The translations under genes were made by a program, and so were the position numbers. The notes beneath the pieces are model-generated. The model was not told the origin of the DNA, ran no database searches, and was given only the letters and a program-made list of their open reading frames with translations. A stretch of 64,000 bases of DNA from Mytilus trossulus (Eukaryota). Positions 63,583 to 64,000 of this stretch are shown one piece after another. How positions within the stretch are numbered: the first letter of the stretch is position 1; the number at the start of each line of letters is the position of its first letter. The stretch lies in the NCBI RefSeq assembly GCF_036588685.1, contig NC_086375.1:69130001-69194000 (forward strand), given 5' to 3'.

Positions 63583-64000
63583 CTACAACAAGTATTTAAA
63601 ATATATCACCTACAGGAAAATTCAAGCAGTCTTTATTTTATTACATTTAAATTGTAATCTTACACAATCACTCAAACTATGACTCATTTTAAAATAAAGA
63701 ATGCATAACAGATCTTCTAGGTTTGATATATGTATAAAGCTTTTAAGCATTAACAAAATATCAACTTTCAAAATGTATTTTTATAGGAATTTTCTTCCAT
63801 TTATCATGTTTATGCAATCAATAATATTTTACCAAAAAAATTGACAATTTTCTGTCCTAAGTCTGACAGCTTTGACACAAGAATAAACTGTAAATTTCTT
63901 AACGTGAATGTATATCAAGAACAAAGAAAAATATTATGTTTTTTATTAGCTAAGACCATAAAACTAAAGTAAAAAGTCATTATAAAAGCATGATAATAGA

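Noticed and set aside
63583-63611. Alternative upstream acceptor for the TXNDC16 exon
   Set aside because: Introduces an in-frame TAA

Overview
AT-rich, intron-containing animal genomic DNA; the repeat landscape suggests a bivalve such as Mytilus (inference). Contents: (1) a complete 5-exon SLC16/MCT monocarboxylate transporter gene (+, 12545-28600, 482 aa); (2) in its intron 2, a young full-length antisense Gmr1-type Ty3/Gypsy LTR retrotransposon (14294-20371; 598-bp LTRs with 3 differences, CTTG TSD, tRNA-Pro PBS, integrase before RT); (3) the last 11 coding exons of a TXNDC16/ERp90 orthologue (-, 63582-53362) ending in HTEL; (4) five small, same-strand orphan type II single-pass membrane protein genes (2599, 32566, 36075, 46206, 48744), most with acidic dileucine sorting motifs, a phase-0 intron after the TM helix, a tiny terminal exon, and in three cases an upstream ACCTATAAA motif - the best candidate for an undescribed system; (5) Penelope-like RT remnants and their hammerhead-ribozyme repeats (one intact type I hammerhead at 27779-27822), a Tx1/L1-like LINE inserted in such a repeat, several MITEs and Helentron-associated (HINE-like) tandem-repeat elements. 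All calls come from reading the sequence by eye; no searches were run.
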